A stretch of 64,000 bases of DNA from an uncultured Thermoleophilia bacterium (GTDB lineage: Bacteria > Actinomycetota > Thermoleophilia > UBA2241): the NCBI GenBank assembly GCA_963736645.1, contig CAVTPJ010000002.1:2879-66878 (forward strand), read 5' to 3'. Position numbers and translations under genes: made by a program. A model generated the notes under the pieces. The model worked only from the letters and a program-made list of their open reading frames with translations, did no database searches and had not been told where the DNA came from. Shown piece after piece: positions 17,884 to 26,354 of the stretch (position 1 is its first letter; every line of letters starts with the position of its first letter).

Positions 17884-19268
17884 GTGGGGCTGCGCTCGTC
17901 GGCGAGTTGCCGCTGCATCCACGCCTCGAGGTCCATCTCGAGGGTGGTCCACTCCTGCACGTCCGGATCGCCGAACTCGTGGACCTTGGGTTCGGTGCCG
18001 ATCTGGCGGTAGGCGAAGTGCTTCTTGTACCAGGCGATGGCGACGGGGCGGTCGGCGTTCGTCACCACGGTCTGTGCGCCCAACGAGGCCATGGCGCGCA
18101 GGCGCGCGCTCTGCAGCCGCATGCCCAGACCGTACCGGCGGTAGGCTGGGTCCACCGCCATCAAGGTGGTCTTGCCCTCCGTCTCCGAGAGCATCTTGTA
18201 GCCCGACATCCCGACGACGCGCTGGCCGGCCCGAGCCACGAAGCAGCAGCGCCAGTCGAGCTCGGGCATCTCCTCTGAGGGGATGCGGTGCATGTTCGCG
18301 GTCTCGAGCACCCTGAGCATGCCCTCCATATCGTCCGCCCTCGCCTGCTCGACGCGCACCTCGTCCGCACCGGCGGCGCACGGAGGCAGTCCAAGCGCGA
18401 CCCGCGCCGCGTCGGCGTTGGCGACCGGCCGGCCGGCCTCCTCGGCGATGCGGACCAGCCGGCGTACCAGCTGTTCGTTCCTGGCGAGCCGCGTGCGCTC
18501 GTAGTCGTAGAACACGTTGTCCTCGATGCCCGTCCGCACGTGCCCCCCCATGGCAATGCTCAATATGTTGATCGGGACCTGGAACCGGCCGAGTCCCGTC
18601 CCAGACCAGAGCGACCGGCGCGGGAGGTCGGCGACCGCGGCGCTCAGGTTGAGCGCCGTGGCGGGCGCGGTATGCGCCGCCCCGAGCAGGATGTTGAAAT
18701 AGTAGGGCGGTTGTACCAGTCCCTTCGCGATGAGGAGCTTGGCCGTGCTGATCATCCCCAGCTCGAGGATCTCGAGCTCCGGCTTGATGCCGCGTGCGAG
18801 CATCCGCTCGGCGAGCGCCCCGATGATCTCGGGGGTGTTGACCGACGGGCCGTCGTTGAAGTTCAGCGAGCCGGTCGTGAGGCTGGCCAGGTCCGGCTTG
18901 GCGTCGCCGTCGAGCTCGAGGACCGCCCCCCTCTGCTCGAGCTCGCCGTAGCGCCGCCCACTGGTCGTCGCACTGACGATCAGCTGCGGCCGCTCCCTGC
19001 GGATGCCGCTGATGATCTCGGCGAAGACGTCGGCCTCGTAGGTCGGCCGTCCATCGCGATCACGAGCGTGGACGTGGACCACCGACGCGCCGGCGTCGTG
19101 GCAGCGGACGGCATCCGCCACGATCTCCTCCGGGCTCAGTGGCGCGAACGGAGTGACGTCACGTGTCGGGAGCACGCCGGTGAGGGCCACATTGATGATG
19201 AGCGGGGAGTAGGCCTGCAGGGGATGCGGAAAGTCGACGTCGTCTCGACCCGTCTGTGGTCGCTCCAT
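17880..19268 (-). CDS. Fusion protein: BKACE (3-keto-5-aminohexanoate cleavage enzyme family, DUF849) domain + C-terminal GNAT acetyltransferase domain
   Basis: N-terminal ~300 aa: IINVALTGVLPTR...SPEEIVADAVRCHDAGASVVHVHARDRDGRPT...KPELEILELGMI...MGGHVRTGIEDNVFY...LARNEQLVRRLVRIAEEAGRPVA (TIM-barrel BKACE with HxH and E metal ligands). C-terminal ~150 aa: VVGMSGYKML...LMAVDPAYRRYGLGMRLQSARL (GNAT motif A). ATG preceded by gggagggg. Confidence 0.85.
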   Translation of the reverse strand: MERPQTGRDDVDFPHPLQAYSPLIINVALTGVLPTRDVTPFAPLSPEEIVADAVRCHDAGASVVHVHARDRDGRPTYEADVFAEIISGIRRERPQLIVSATTSGRRYGELEQRGAVLELDGDAKPDLASLTTGSLNFNDGPSVNTPEIIGALAERMLARGIKPELEILELGMISTAKLLIAKGLVQPPYYFNILLGAAHTAPATALNLSAAVADLPRRSLWSGTGLGRFQVPINILSIAMGGHVRTGIEDNVFYDYERTRLARNEQLVRRLVRIAEEAGRPVANADAARVALGLPPCAAGADEVRVEQARADDMEGMLRVLETANMHRIPSEEMPELDWRCCFVARAGQRVVGMSGYKMLSETEGKTTLMAVDPAYRRYGLGMRLQSARLRAMASLGAQTVVTNADRPVAIAWYKKHFAYRQIGTEPKVHEFGDPDVQEWTTLEMDLEAWMQRQLADERSPT

Positions 19269-19391
19269 GAGCCCCTCCCATCCACCCTCGTCCGGCGCGA
19301 TGATACCAGCCGGGCGTCCGTCATCCCTTGCTCCCGGTCGTCGCGCCTAGGAGTATCGGCGCTTCCGCACCCCTGCTCGAGACGCCGCCCT

Positions 19392-20621
19392 CTACCTGAA
19401 CGCTGTCAGCTTGTCGCGCAGGCGTCGCGCGACCAGGCGTGCGGCTCCGAAACGCAGTCTCAGGAGCACGGCCACGAAGGGGTACGCCGGCAACCGGGCG
19501 ATCACGACGTACGCCAGCTGCAGAGGGACCGTGTCCGGCCTCCAGCCGCGGACCCAGCCGGCGTCGCTCACCATGTCGACGCGCTGGACCCCGGGATCCT
19601 GGCAGCAGCGCTCCATGATCTTCTCCAGCAGCAACTGCCCCGGCGACACGTGGCCGAAGGTCTCGTCGTAGCCGATCTTCAGCGACGAGTAGGTAGCGCC
19701 GGTACGCGTGGAGAACACCGACGCGAGGCAGTGCCCCTGTGTGTAGAGAGACGTGATCTCGCAGTAGTCCTCGTCTCCACACATGTTTGTGGCCAGGTCG
19801 CGGAAGAAATCGGACCTGTCCTTGCTGCACCGGAGAGCGGTCACGGTCCCGCCGGCCCCCTTCCAGCCGGACGCCTCGACATCGAGGAAGGTCGCGAACT
19901 CGGAGTCCAGGTCGCCCTCCCTTGTGACCGTCACGAAATCAGCGTCACCCAGCCTGGCGAGCCTGTTGGACGCCGTATTGAGTGTGTGACGAAAGCTCTT
20001 GGGAAGCGAGGCGCGCAGCTCATCGAACGGCTTGCTGCAGTCCACGACATTGACGCTCTCTTTGGGTTCCACGTGGTACGTGCCTCTGCTCAGGCGTTGG
20101 AGACCACACCAGAGAGCCGAGTTCTGAGGCGCCGAGCCAACGATCAGAAGCCACCGTCCTTCCGGCCTGAGACGCAGGTGGCCGACCACGGCGGGGATGA
20201 GCGCTCGCCGCGCTTCGTCGTCAGGGCAGAGGACGTCGGCCTGGCGCCCATGGCTGTGCCAGAGGACCCCCCACACGCGGATGGGCAGTCCGAGCGCCCG
20301 GTCGGTCCTCGGCTGGAGCACGCAGATGGCCCGCACGCGCCGGCCGTCCGTCAGCGCCAGGCACCTGAGCTCGTCCGGCTCCCGCATGAGATGGTCGATG
20401 TGTGCCAGGCAGGCCTCGTACGCAAGAAAGCTCGTGCGTCGCGGGATCTGGGCGTAGAGGCGCCGCCAGTCGGCCTCGAGCAGCTGGAGTCCCGCCCGGC
20501 CGCGAGACTCGATGATCCCCCACTCGGCGTCCGGCACGGTGTCCCTCGGAGCCGTGGGACTTGGAGCGTCCTTCACGTCCTCGATTCGTCTCCTGCGTGG
20601 GTTCGGGCAACACTGCCGCAA
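19392..20621 (-). CDS. CelD/BcsL-like GNAT (Acetyltransf_6, FemABX-related double-GNAT fold) protein
   Basis: LQLLEADWRRLYAQIP.TSFLAYEACLAHI... in the N-terminal half. FLDVEASGWKGAGGT...FFRDLA...LKIGYDETFGHVSPGQLLLEKIM in the C-terminal half. The start is uncertain (TTG at 20621 or an internal GTG). Confidence 0.7.
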   Translation of the reverse strand: MRQCCPNPRRRRIEDVKDAPSPTAPRDTVPDAEWGIIESRGRAGLQLLEADWRRLYAQIPRRTSFLAYEACLAHIDHLMREPDELRCLALTDGRRVRAICVLQPRTDRALGLPIRVWGVLWHSHGRQADVLCPDDEARRALIPAVVGHLRLRPEGRWLLIVGSAPQNSALWCGLQRLSRGTYHVEPKESVNVVDCSKPFDELRASLPKSFRHTLNTASNRLARLGDADFVTVTREGDLDSEFATFLDVEASGWKGAGGTVTALRCSKDRSDFFRDLATNMCGDEDYCEITSLYTQGHCLASVFSTRTGATYSSLKIGYDETFGHVSPGQLLLEKIMERCCQDPGVQRVDMVSDAGWVRGWRPDTVPLQLAYVVIARLPAYPFVAVLLRLRFGAARLVARRLRDKLTAFR

Positions 20622-20631
20622 AGGTGTCCCC

Positions 20632-21858
20632 TCAGGCGCCTCGTTCGCGGAGCAGAGGGGGCAGCCGATTGCGGAGCGCCTGAACAGCGAACCTCGCCGC
20701 TTCGTGGACGCCTGGCGCAGGGTCTCTGAAGGATAACATCAGATCGAATTCGACTCTCCGCAGCGACAAGAGCCATTGAGCGGGGGAGATCCTTCGCTGG
20801 AGCATGTCCGCAACGCTGTCGGGGATGTCGCGTGATGCCCAGATGTAGCGAGGACCGTCGACCTGACGCGGCGCCGCGAGCGGTCGCCCGAGCACGTCCA
20901 GATAGGCGGCGATCGAGACGCTGACGCCGAGCGCGGAAGCGAAGCCGTGCCACATCTCAGGCCGGGGGTTGATCTCCATGAGCTTGAGCGACCCATCGCG
21001 CGGGTCGCGTTTGAACTCGACTCCTGCGACCCCGTGATACCCGATCTCCTGGAGAAGACGGAGGCCGCTGTCCGCGACCTCCTGTAACCACACGCTCTCG
21101 CCAAGGCTTGCGACCCCGAACCCACCTCGCGGATGCTCACGCAGTTTGCGCCGCGTGAACATGGCGAGCGGGAGGGAGTCGCGGTCCAGGTAGCAGAGCA
21201 GCGTGAACAGGTCGTCGTGGCCACCCGGCACGATCTCCTGCAGCAGCAAAGGCCCACAGCCATGGACGCGCTGATACTGACGGGCCAGCTCCTCCCTGCG
21301 AGGCACGTGGACCACCTTGCCGAAGTGACGCCTCCTTAGCGCGAGGTGCTCGCTTGACTTGAGCAAGGCGGGGAAAGGAACGAGTCGGGCGGCTTCGTCC
21401 AGGTCGGCCTCATCGTGGATGAAGGCGGTCTCAGGGACTCCCACCCCAGCCCTTCGAGCCGCCTCGACCTGCGCCTGCTTGGAGGCGACATGCTGCATGA
21501 CCGGCCAGGATGCAAAGGGCTGGAGGAAGTGCTGCTGGAGAAGGACAGCGTTGCGTGAACACGCGAACACGCAGTCGTCCTGGCAGGGGAACAGCACCGC
21601 CTTCTGCGGCAGCTTCTTCGCGATCGCCACGAGCGTTTCAGCAAAGGCAGCCTCGTCGTGGTGCGGATCGGGGCAGACGCCACGAGCCGGATAGCGTGAA
21701 GTGAACCCCGCGGCGCGACGGTCGGTGTCCAGCGCAAGCACCGGGATGCCTGAGCGAGCCAGATCGCGGATCACCCCCAGGCCCGTGGAGTTGTAGACGC
21801 CGATCACGATCGCTGGCGTCGTGGTGCGTGCTGCCTCAGCGAACTGTCCGAAACGCAT
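20632..21858 (-). CDS. ATP-grasp carboxylate-amine ligase (D-aspartate-ligase-like subgroup)
   Basis: ATG at 21858 preceded by gggagg. PAIVIGVYNSTGLGVIRDLARSGIPVLALD (pre-ATP-grasp Rossmann-like region). ...FPALLKSSE...LLLQEIVPGGHDDLFTLLCYLD...YHGVAGVEFKRDPRDGSLKLMEINPRP (ATP-grasp core). Confidence 0.8.
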   Translation of the reverse strand: MRFGQFAEAARTTTPAIVIGVYNSTGLGVIRDLARSGIPVLALDTDRRAAGFTSRYPARGVCPDPHHDEAAFAETLVAIAKKLPQKAVLFPCQDDCVFACSRNAVLLQQHFLQPFASWPVMQHVASKQAQVEAARRAGVGVPETAFIHDEADLDEAARLVPFPALLKSSEHLALRRRHFGKVVHVPRREELARQYQRVHGCGPLLLQEIVPGGHDDLFTLLCYLDRDSLPLAMFTRRKLREHPRGGFGVASLGESVWLQEVADSGLRLLQEIGYHGVAGVEFKRDPRDGSLKLMEINPRPEMWHGFASALGVSVSIAAYLDVLGRPLAAPRQVDGPRYIWASRDIPDSVADMLQRRISPAQWLLSLRRVEFDLMLSFRDPAPGVHEAARFAVQALRNRLPPLLRERGA

Positions 21859-21980
21859 GTGCGACCTCCCTCGCGGCAATCCTATGGCACATGCGGAGCC
21901 GAAACGCCCGGCGGGCGCTCGAGATCGCCGTTGTGTCGTCAGATTCGGAGACGGATGTTTGAGGCCTGCACGGCCACTCT

Positions 21981-22029
21981 GTGCCAGATTAGGCACGCTA
22001 CTGCAGGGTGCGCGCGCGGGTCCCTGCAG
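21981..22029. promoter_or_regulatory. Two palindromes in the divergent control region between the two ATP-grasp genes (candidate operators or 5'-UTR hairpin)
   Basis: gtgcc-agatta-ggcac at 21981-21996. ctgcaggg (22001-22008) and ccctgcag (22022-22029) flank 13 nt. Both lie within the 200-bp gap 21859-22058. Confidence 0.3.
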
Positions 22030-22058
22030 GGAAAAGTCATGAGAGGAGAGGGGGTCGG

Positions 22059-23207
22059 ATGCGAATCGCCAAGACTCGGCCCTATGCGAGGGCGTACAAC
22101 GCCGTGCGGTACCTCGTTCCCAAGTCGCCCCGGCCACGGCAGATCCACGACGATACATCGATCCTCGACGAGGCCCTGCCTCTCGTGCTCGATTGGCCCG
22201 ATGGTTGTCCGCGGCCCGTCGTGGCGATCATGCGCGACACCGGCATGATCCCCACCTGGACGAGGTATGCGCACTTCTTGCGCGCGAACGCCATCGGTCA
22301 CACGTTGTGCAACCTCCACCGCTCCGACTGGCAGGAGCAGCTCAGCGGTGCCGACCTCGTGCTCTGGCGACCCGCGTCGGCCCCGGCAGCCGTGGATGAG
22401 TGCCGGCGAAAAGTCTACGCGATCGAACGTCACCTCGACATGTTGGCCTTCCCGTCGATCGACGAGATCGCGCTGTACGAGGACAAGGCATTGCAGTGGG
22501 AACTGATGAGCCATCATGGTCTCCCGGCGGCCGATACCTTCCTCACGTACAGTCGCGAGGAGGCCGAAGAGGCCCTCGGACGCCTCGCGTATCCACTCAT
22601 CGCCAAGATCGTCACGGGGGCGTCTTCGCTGGGAGTGGAGCTCGTACGGTCTGAAGGGCAGGGGCGTCGCCTGATCAGGCAGGCGTTCTCGTACTGCGGC
22701 AGGCCTGCCTACTGGCCGGACGTGCGCCAGAAGGGCTACGTGCTCCTTCAGCGATACGTCCCCAATCCCGGCTTCGACCTTCGCGTCACGATCGCCGGAG
22801 ACGTCGCTCACGCTTTCTACCGGGGTGTCCCCAAAGGGGAGTTCCGCGCATCCGGAATGAGCGTGCTGGTCAGGGACGATCCTCCCGTTCAGGCGGTCCG
22901 CCTCGCGCAGACCGTCGCCGAGAGGCTGGGCTTCCCTGCTCTGGCCGTGGACATGGTGTACGACCTGGAGACTGACCAGTTCGTGGTCATCGAGATCACC
23001 ACGTTCCCGGGTGCGCACGCCCCGAACGGCATCCGAGCCAATCTGCCCGACGTCCTCTTTCAGGATGCAGGCGCCAGCGGTCTGAAGGTGATTCCCGGGC
23101 CCTACTGGATGGAGGAACTCGCCCTCAGGGCGGTGCTGATCGAGCGCTGGCTGCGGCCACGAGGGTTCGAGATCGCGTGGCCGGCGGAGGCGCCGCCGCG
23201 ATCGTGA
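22059..23207 (+). CDS. ATP-grasp ligase, RimK/glutathione-synthetase-like
   Basis: ATG at 22059 preceded by gagaggagaggggg. ALYEDKALQWELMSHHGLPAADTF...YPLIAKIVTGASSLGVELV...GYVLLQRYVPNPGFDLRVTIAGD...LAVDMVYDLETDQFVVIEITT. Confidence 0.75.
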   Translation: MRIAKTRPYARAYNAVRYLVPKSPRPRQIHDDTSILDEALPLVLDWPDGCPRPVVAIMRDTGMIPTWTRYAHFLRANAIGHTLCNLHRSDWQEQLSGADLVLWRPASAPAAVDECRRKVYAIERHLDMLAFPSIDEIALYEDKALQWELMSHHGLPAADTFLTYSREEAEEALGRLAYPLIAKIVTGASSLGVELVRSEGQGRRLIRQAFSYCGRPAYWPDVRQKGYVLLQRYVPNPGFDLRVTIAGDVAHAFYRGVPKGEFRASGMSVLVRDDPPVQAVRLAQTVAERLGFPALAVDMVYDLETDQFVVIEITTFPGAHAPNGIRANLPDVLFQDAGASGLKVIPGPYWMEELALRAVLIERWLRPRGFEIAWPAEAPPRS

Positions 23208-23922
23208 GGCGACGCGCAGACCACGGGACGAGCGGCGTGAGCGGCGCGCTCGAGGCGGTCCGTTCACGGATGGGACGATCGAACGAGCGACCCAGTGCCG
23301 GTCGGCCACGGGCGGCTGGGAGGCGTCAAGCCCCGAGCAGAGTCACTCGCCGCCATCCTGCCACGCACAGCTGCTCGCCTTTCCGCCGCTTCTCAGAGGA
23401 TGCCGGAGCATTCACCCGTTCGCCGCGCAGATCACCGGGCGCCTTCATCGGCGTGATCGCGTCGACCGTCGACAACCGCACGTTGCCGACCGTCAGCCCG
23501 CCTGGCCACTCGTCGAGGGGTTCATCCACCAGCCCTGCGACCCGCTATCACACCCGCACCACTCGTTGCCGGCGAGCGCTGGAGCGGCGCTGAACGCTAG
23601 CATCGTCACTGACGCTGACGCCGGTACGACAATCAGATCCTACTGGCGAATGACCATTCTCCCCCGGGTGCGCCGATCACCACGACCCGGCATGGCGCGC
23701 CTAGGCGCGCCAGATCTGGCGCCTTACATACCCTCCACGGGTGGGCCGTCCATCCGCGAGCGAGGGAGTCCATCTGCGTCTACGAGACCCATCGCCGCCC
23801 GGGTGAGGGAGGGCAGCTGGGAGGATCGGGGCAGAGAGCACAGAGCTTTGAGACGGCACGGTGCTTCGGCTCGGGACTGCTTCTGCGTCTTGGCGAGGTC
23901 GGTCAGGCTACCTGCTTTGGCA

Positions 23923-23953
23923 GGCGGGGCCTCCCGTCGCGAGAGGCCCCGCC
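23923..23953 (-). terminator. GC-rich hairpin 40 nt downstream of the beta-helix protein gene
   Basis: ggcggggcctc (23923-23933) and gaggccccgcc (23943-23953) form an 11-bp perfect stem with a 9-nt loop. A second palindrome, cggtccgcgcggaccg, lies at about 23967-23982. Confidence 0.6.
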
Positions 23954-23992
23954 CGTGCCCTGGCTTTCGGTCCGCGCGGACCGCCGGCGCGA

Positions 23993-26354
23993 CTACCGGT
24001 AGATGTTGCCCGTGCGCGTGATCGTGACTCCCGCCGCGATCCCGTACAACGTCGCCTCCGTCCTGCCCGTCTCGAAGGTGTTGTTCGCGAACACGTTGCC
24101 GCTCGAGCCGGCGCGCACGCTGACGCGCGCGCCCTGGCCCCGAAGGGTGTTGCCGCGGATGGTGTTGTCCGGGGCGCCGTCGAGGTCGAAGAGCACGCCG
24201 TTGGAGGTCGCGCGGGTGTCGGTCACGGTGTTGTTCTCGATCAGGTTGCGCGCTCCGTAGAGGAGGAACACCTGCCCCCCGGTGTTGACCGTGAAGGTGT
24301 TGTCGCGGATGACCGTGCCGCTGCCGTTGGCGTTGACCACGTTGACGGCCGCGTGCGGGGTCGCGCCGCGCGTCATGTCGAAGGTGTTGCCGGTGACGGT
24401 GACCCAGCCCAGGGGGCGGGCGTCGTCACCTTGGCTGCCGTGGAAGTTGAGGGCGGAGCCGCGGCAGGCGTAGAAGGTGTTGTCCTTGACGACCATGCCC
24501 CGGGGGCCGTTGATCTCGAGGCCGTGCGGCCAGCTCATGCTCGGGTTGGCCCCGGCCCCCTTGATCACGCAGCCCTCGACGCGGGAGTAGCCGCTGACGA
24601 TGCCGAGCGTGCCGACGGGGACCGCATCGTAGGAGATCACCTGGCTGTCGCTGGGCTCGAAGACGCAGCGCAGGAAGCTGATGTTGCGGTAGCCCTTCCC
24701 GGTCGAGGACGTCGCCCGGTGCGTGATCTCCACGGTCATGCGCGTCGAGCCGAGGAAGTGGCAGTCCTCCCAGACGATGTCTTCGTAGTGTCTCACCGTA
24801 GCGCCGCCGCTGTACTCGCCCACGGTGACGGCATTGGCCACGGCGCCGCGTCCCGCGTCGATGACGCAGCCGCGGAAGGTGATGCGGCTGGCGCTGGAGT
24901 TGGTGAACGAGATGGCCGGAGGGCCACCGACGATCCGGCAGCGCAGGAGCAGCGCGTCGTGGGCTCCGTCGCTGAAGCGCAGCGAGGCGCCGGCGACGCC
25001 GAGCTTGAGGTCGGAGAGCGTGAGCGTGCTGCTCGGCGTGACCGCCCCGTGCAGCCAGGACCTGTCCATGCCCGCACCGGCGAGGCTGACACCCGCCGGG
25101 ATGGCGAGCGAGCTGACCCGGTAGTCGCCGGCGGGCACGAAGACGGTGCCGCCGCCCTTGGCGGCCACGGCGCTGAGCGCCGCCCGGATCGGCCGCCGTG
25201 TCGTCGCTGGTGCCGTCGCCCTTGGCGCCGTAGGCGGTGACGCTGGCGTCGTAGGGGCCTGAGGACGGACTCGGCGAGGGGGCGGGGGTGGGCGTCGGCG
25301 TCACGGACGGCTTCGGCGTCGGCGTGGGCGTCGGCGTCACGGTCGCCTTCGGCGTCGGCGTGGGCGTCACGGTCGCCTTCGGGGTCGGGGAGGGCGTCAC
25401 GGACGGCTTCGGGGTCGGCGTCGGCGTCGGCGTCACGGTCGCCTTCGGCGTCGGCGTGGGCGTCACGGTCGGCTTCGGCGTCGGCGTCACGGTCGCCTTC
25501 GGGGTCGGCGTCGGCGTCACGGTCGGCTTCGGCATTACGGTCGGGGTCGGCGTCGGCGTCACGGATGGCTTCGGCGTCGGCGTCACGGTCGCCTTCGGGG
25601 TCGGCGTCGGCATGCAGGTGGGCGTCGCGATGGGCGTCGGTGTGGGGGCCGGCGTGGCCGAGGGCGTGCAGGATGGCGTCGGGATCGCGTTTGGCGTTGG
25701 CATCTCAGTCGGCGAGAGCGTCGGCGTCGGTGTCGAGAGCGACCACGTTGGGGTAGCACTGGTTGGGGTAGCACTGGGCAGTGGGGCGGGCGTGGGGGTC
25801 GTCGCCTGGGCGGGAGCAGGCGTCACGATCGGCGTCGGTACAGGCGATGAAGTCGGCGTCACGATCGCAACAGAGGTAGCCCTCGGGGCGCGCCCTGGCT
25901 TCGCTGCGGAGCCCAGTGCGCGTATGAGGGTCCACGACGGCTCAGGGATGGAGATCCCTGCGGACAACTGCCTGTCGTGGTACTTTAGCACCGGTCGAAC
26001 GTAATACCCCTTAGCGCGGGTGAGCGCGATAACGACAGGCGCCGTCCCACGTTTCCAGTATTTCCCGGCAGTCTCGCTGGCCATCCGCACATCGCGTATG
26101 GTGAAGACATTGGTGGTCGCGCGAGCGACCGCGGCGTCTCTCATCCCCCGCACAGCCTTGCCGGGATCGGTGAGTCCGCAGGAGATCAACGCACCGGCGT
26201 GCCGGTAGTCACGTAGGTCCAAGCTGGCGGGGCCCAGGAGCGCGGAACTCCCAAGGCGGAAGCCCCAGCCGCTCGCACCGCCGACGGTGCTGGTGAGCAG
26301 GGCGACGCTGATGGCCAGACCGAGGAGCGCGGCCGGCAGAAGCTTTCGAAGCAT
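23993..26354 (-). pseudogene. Secreted right-handed beta-helix (pectate-lyase-3 fold) protein with an N-terminal unknown domain and a Pro/Thr linker. One frame break near 25190.
   Basis: ORF 24426-26354 gives a signal peptide (MLRKLLPAALLGLAISVALL), the PT linker, then ...YDASVTAYGAKGDGTSDDTAA before it goes out of frame. ORF 23993-25168 continues as (IRAALSAV)AAKGGGTVFVPAGDYRV... with many beta-helix turns. Removing one G in gcggccGatccgg restores DTAAIRAALSAVAAKGGG. Confidence 0.75.
25268..25800 (-). repeat. Imperfect tandem repeats (24-36 bp) encoding a Pro/Thr/Lys-rich linker
   Basis: The + strand shows reiterated ggcgtcacggtcgccttcggcgtcggcgtg-type units. These translate on the - strand as TPTPKATVTPTPKPSVTPTPTPTVMPKPTVTPTPTPKATV... 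Confidence 0.8.

Noticed and set aside
23326-23529. 67-codon minus-strand ORF (VDEPLDEWPGGLTVGNVRLSTVDAITPMKAPGDL...) as a real gene
   Set aside because: It starts right after an in-frame TAG with no RBS or N-terminal part. Codon bias decays in the second half, and the overlapping + frame looks equally coding-like. At most it is a gene remnant.
23694-23722. AscI-AvrII-AscI-BglII-KasI-like string (GGCGCGCCTAGGCGCGCCAGATCTGGCGCC) looking like a synthetic polylinker or cloning scar
   Set aside because: GC-only 8-mers such as GGCGCGCC are expected many times in 64 kb at this composition. The flanks are native-looking sequence with no vector, marker or primer-like elements. It is kept only as a natural palindrome in the findings.
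25268-25800. Short tandem repeats as a possible CRISPR array or minisatellite
   Set aside because: The units are contiguous with no unique spacers, lie in frame inside a coding region, and translate to a Pro/Thr/Lys linker. No cas genes are in the window.
24426-26354. Treating ORFs 24426-26354 and 23993-25168 as two overlapping genes
   Set aside because: The first ORF becomes Arg-rich nonsense exactly where the second, read upstream of its nominal start, continues the conserved ...DDTAA|IRAALSAVAAKGGG junction. It is one gene with a 1-nt frame error.
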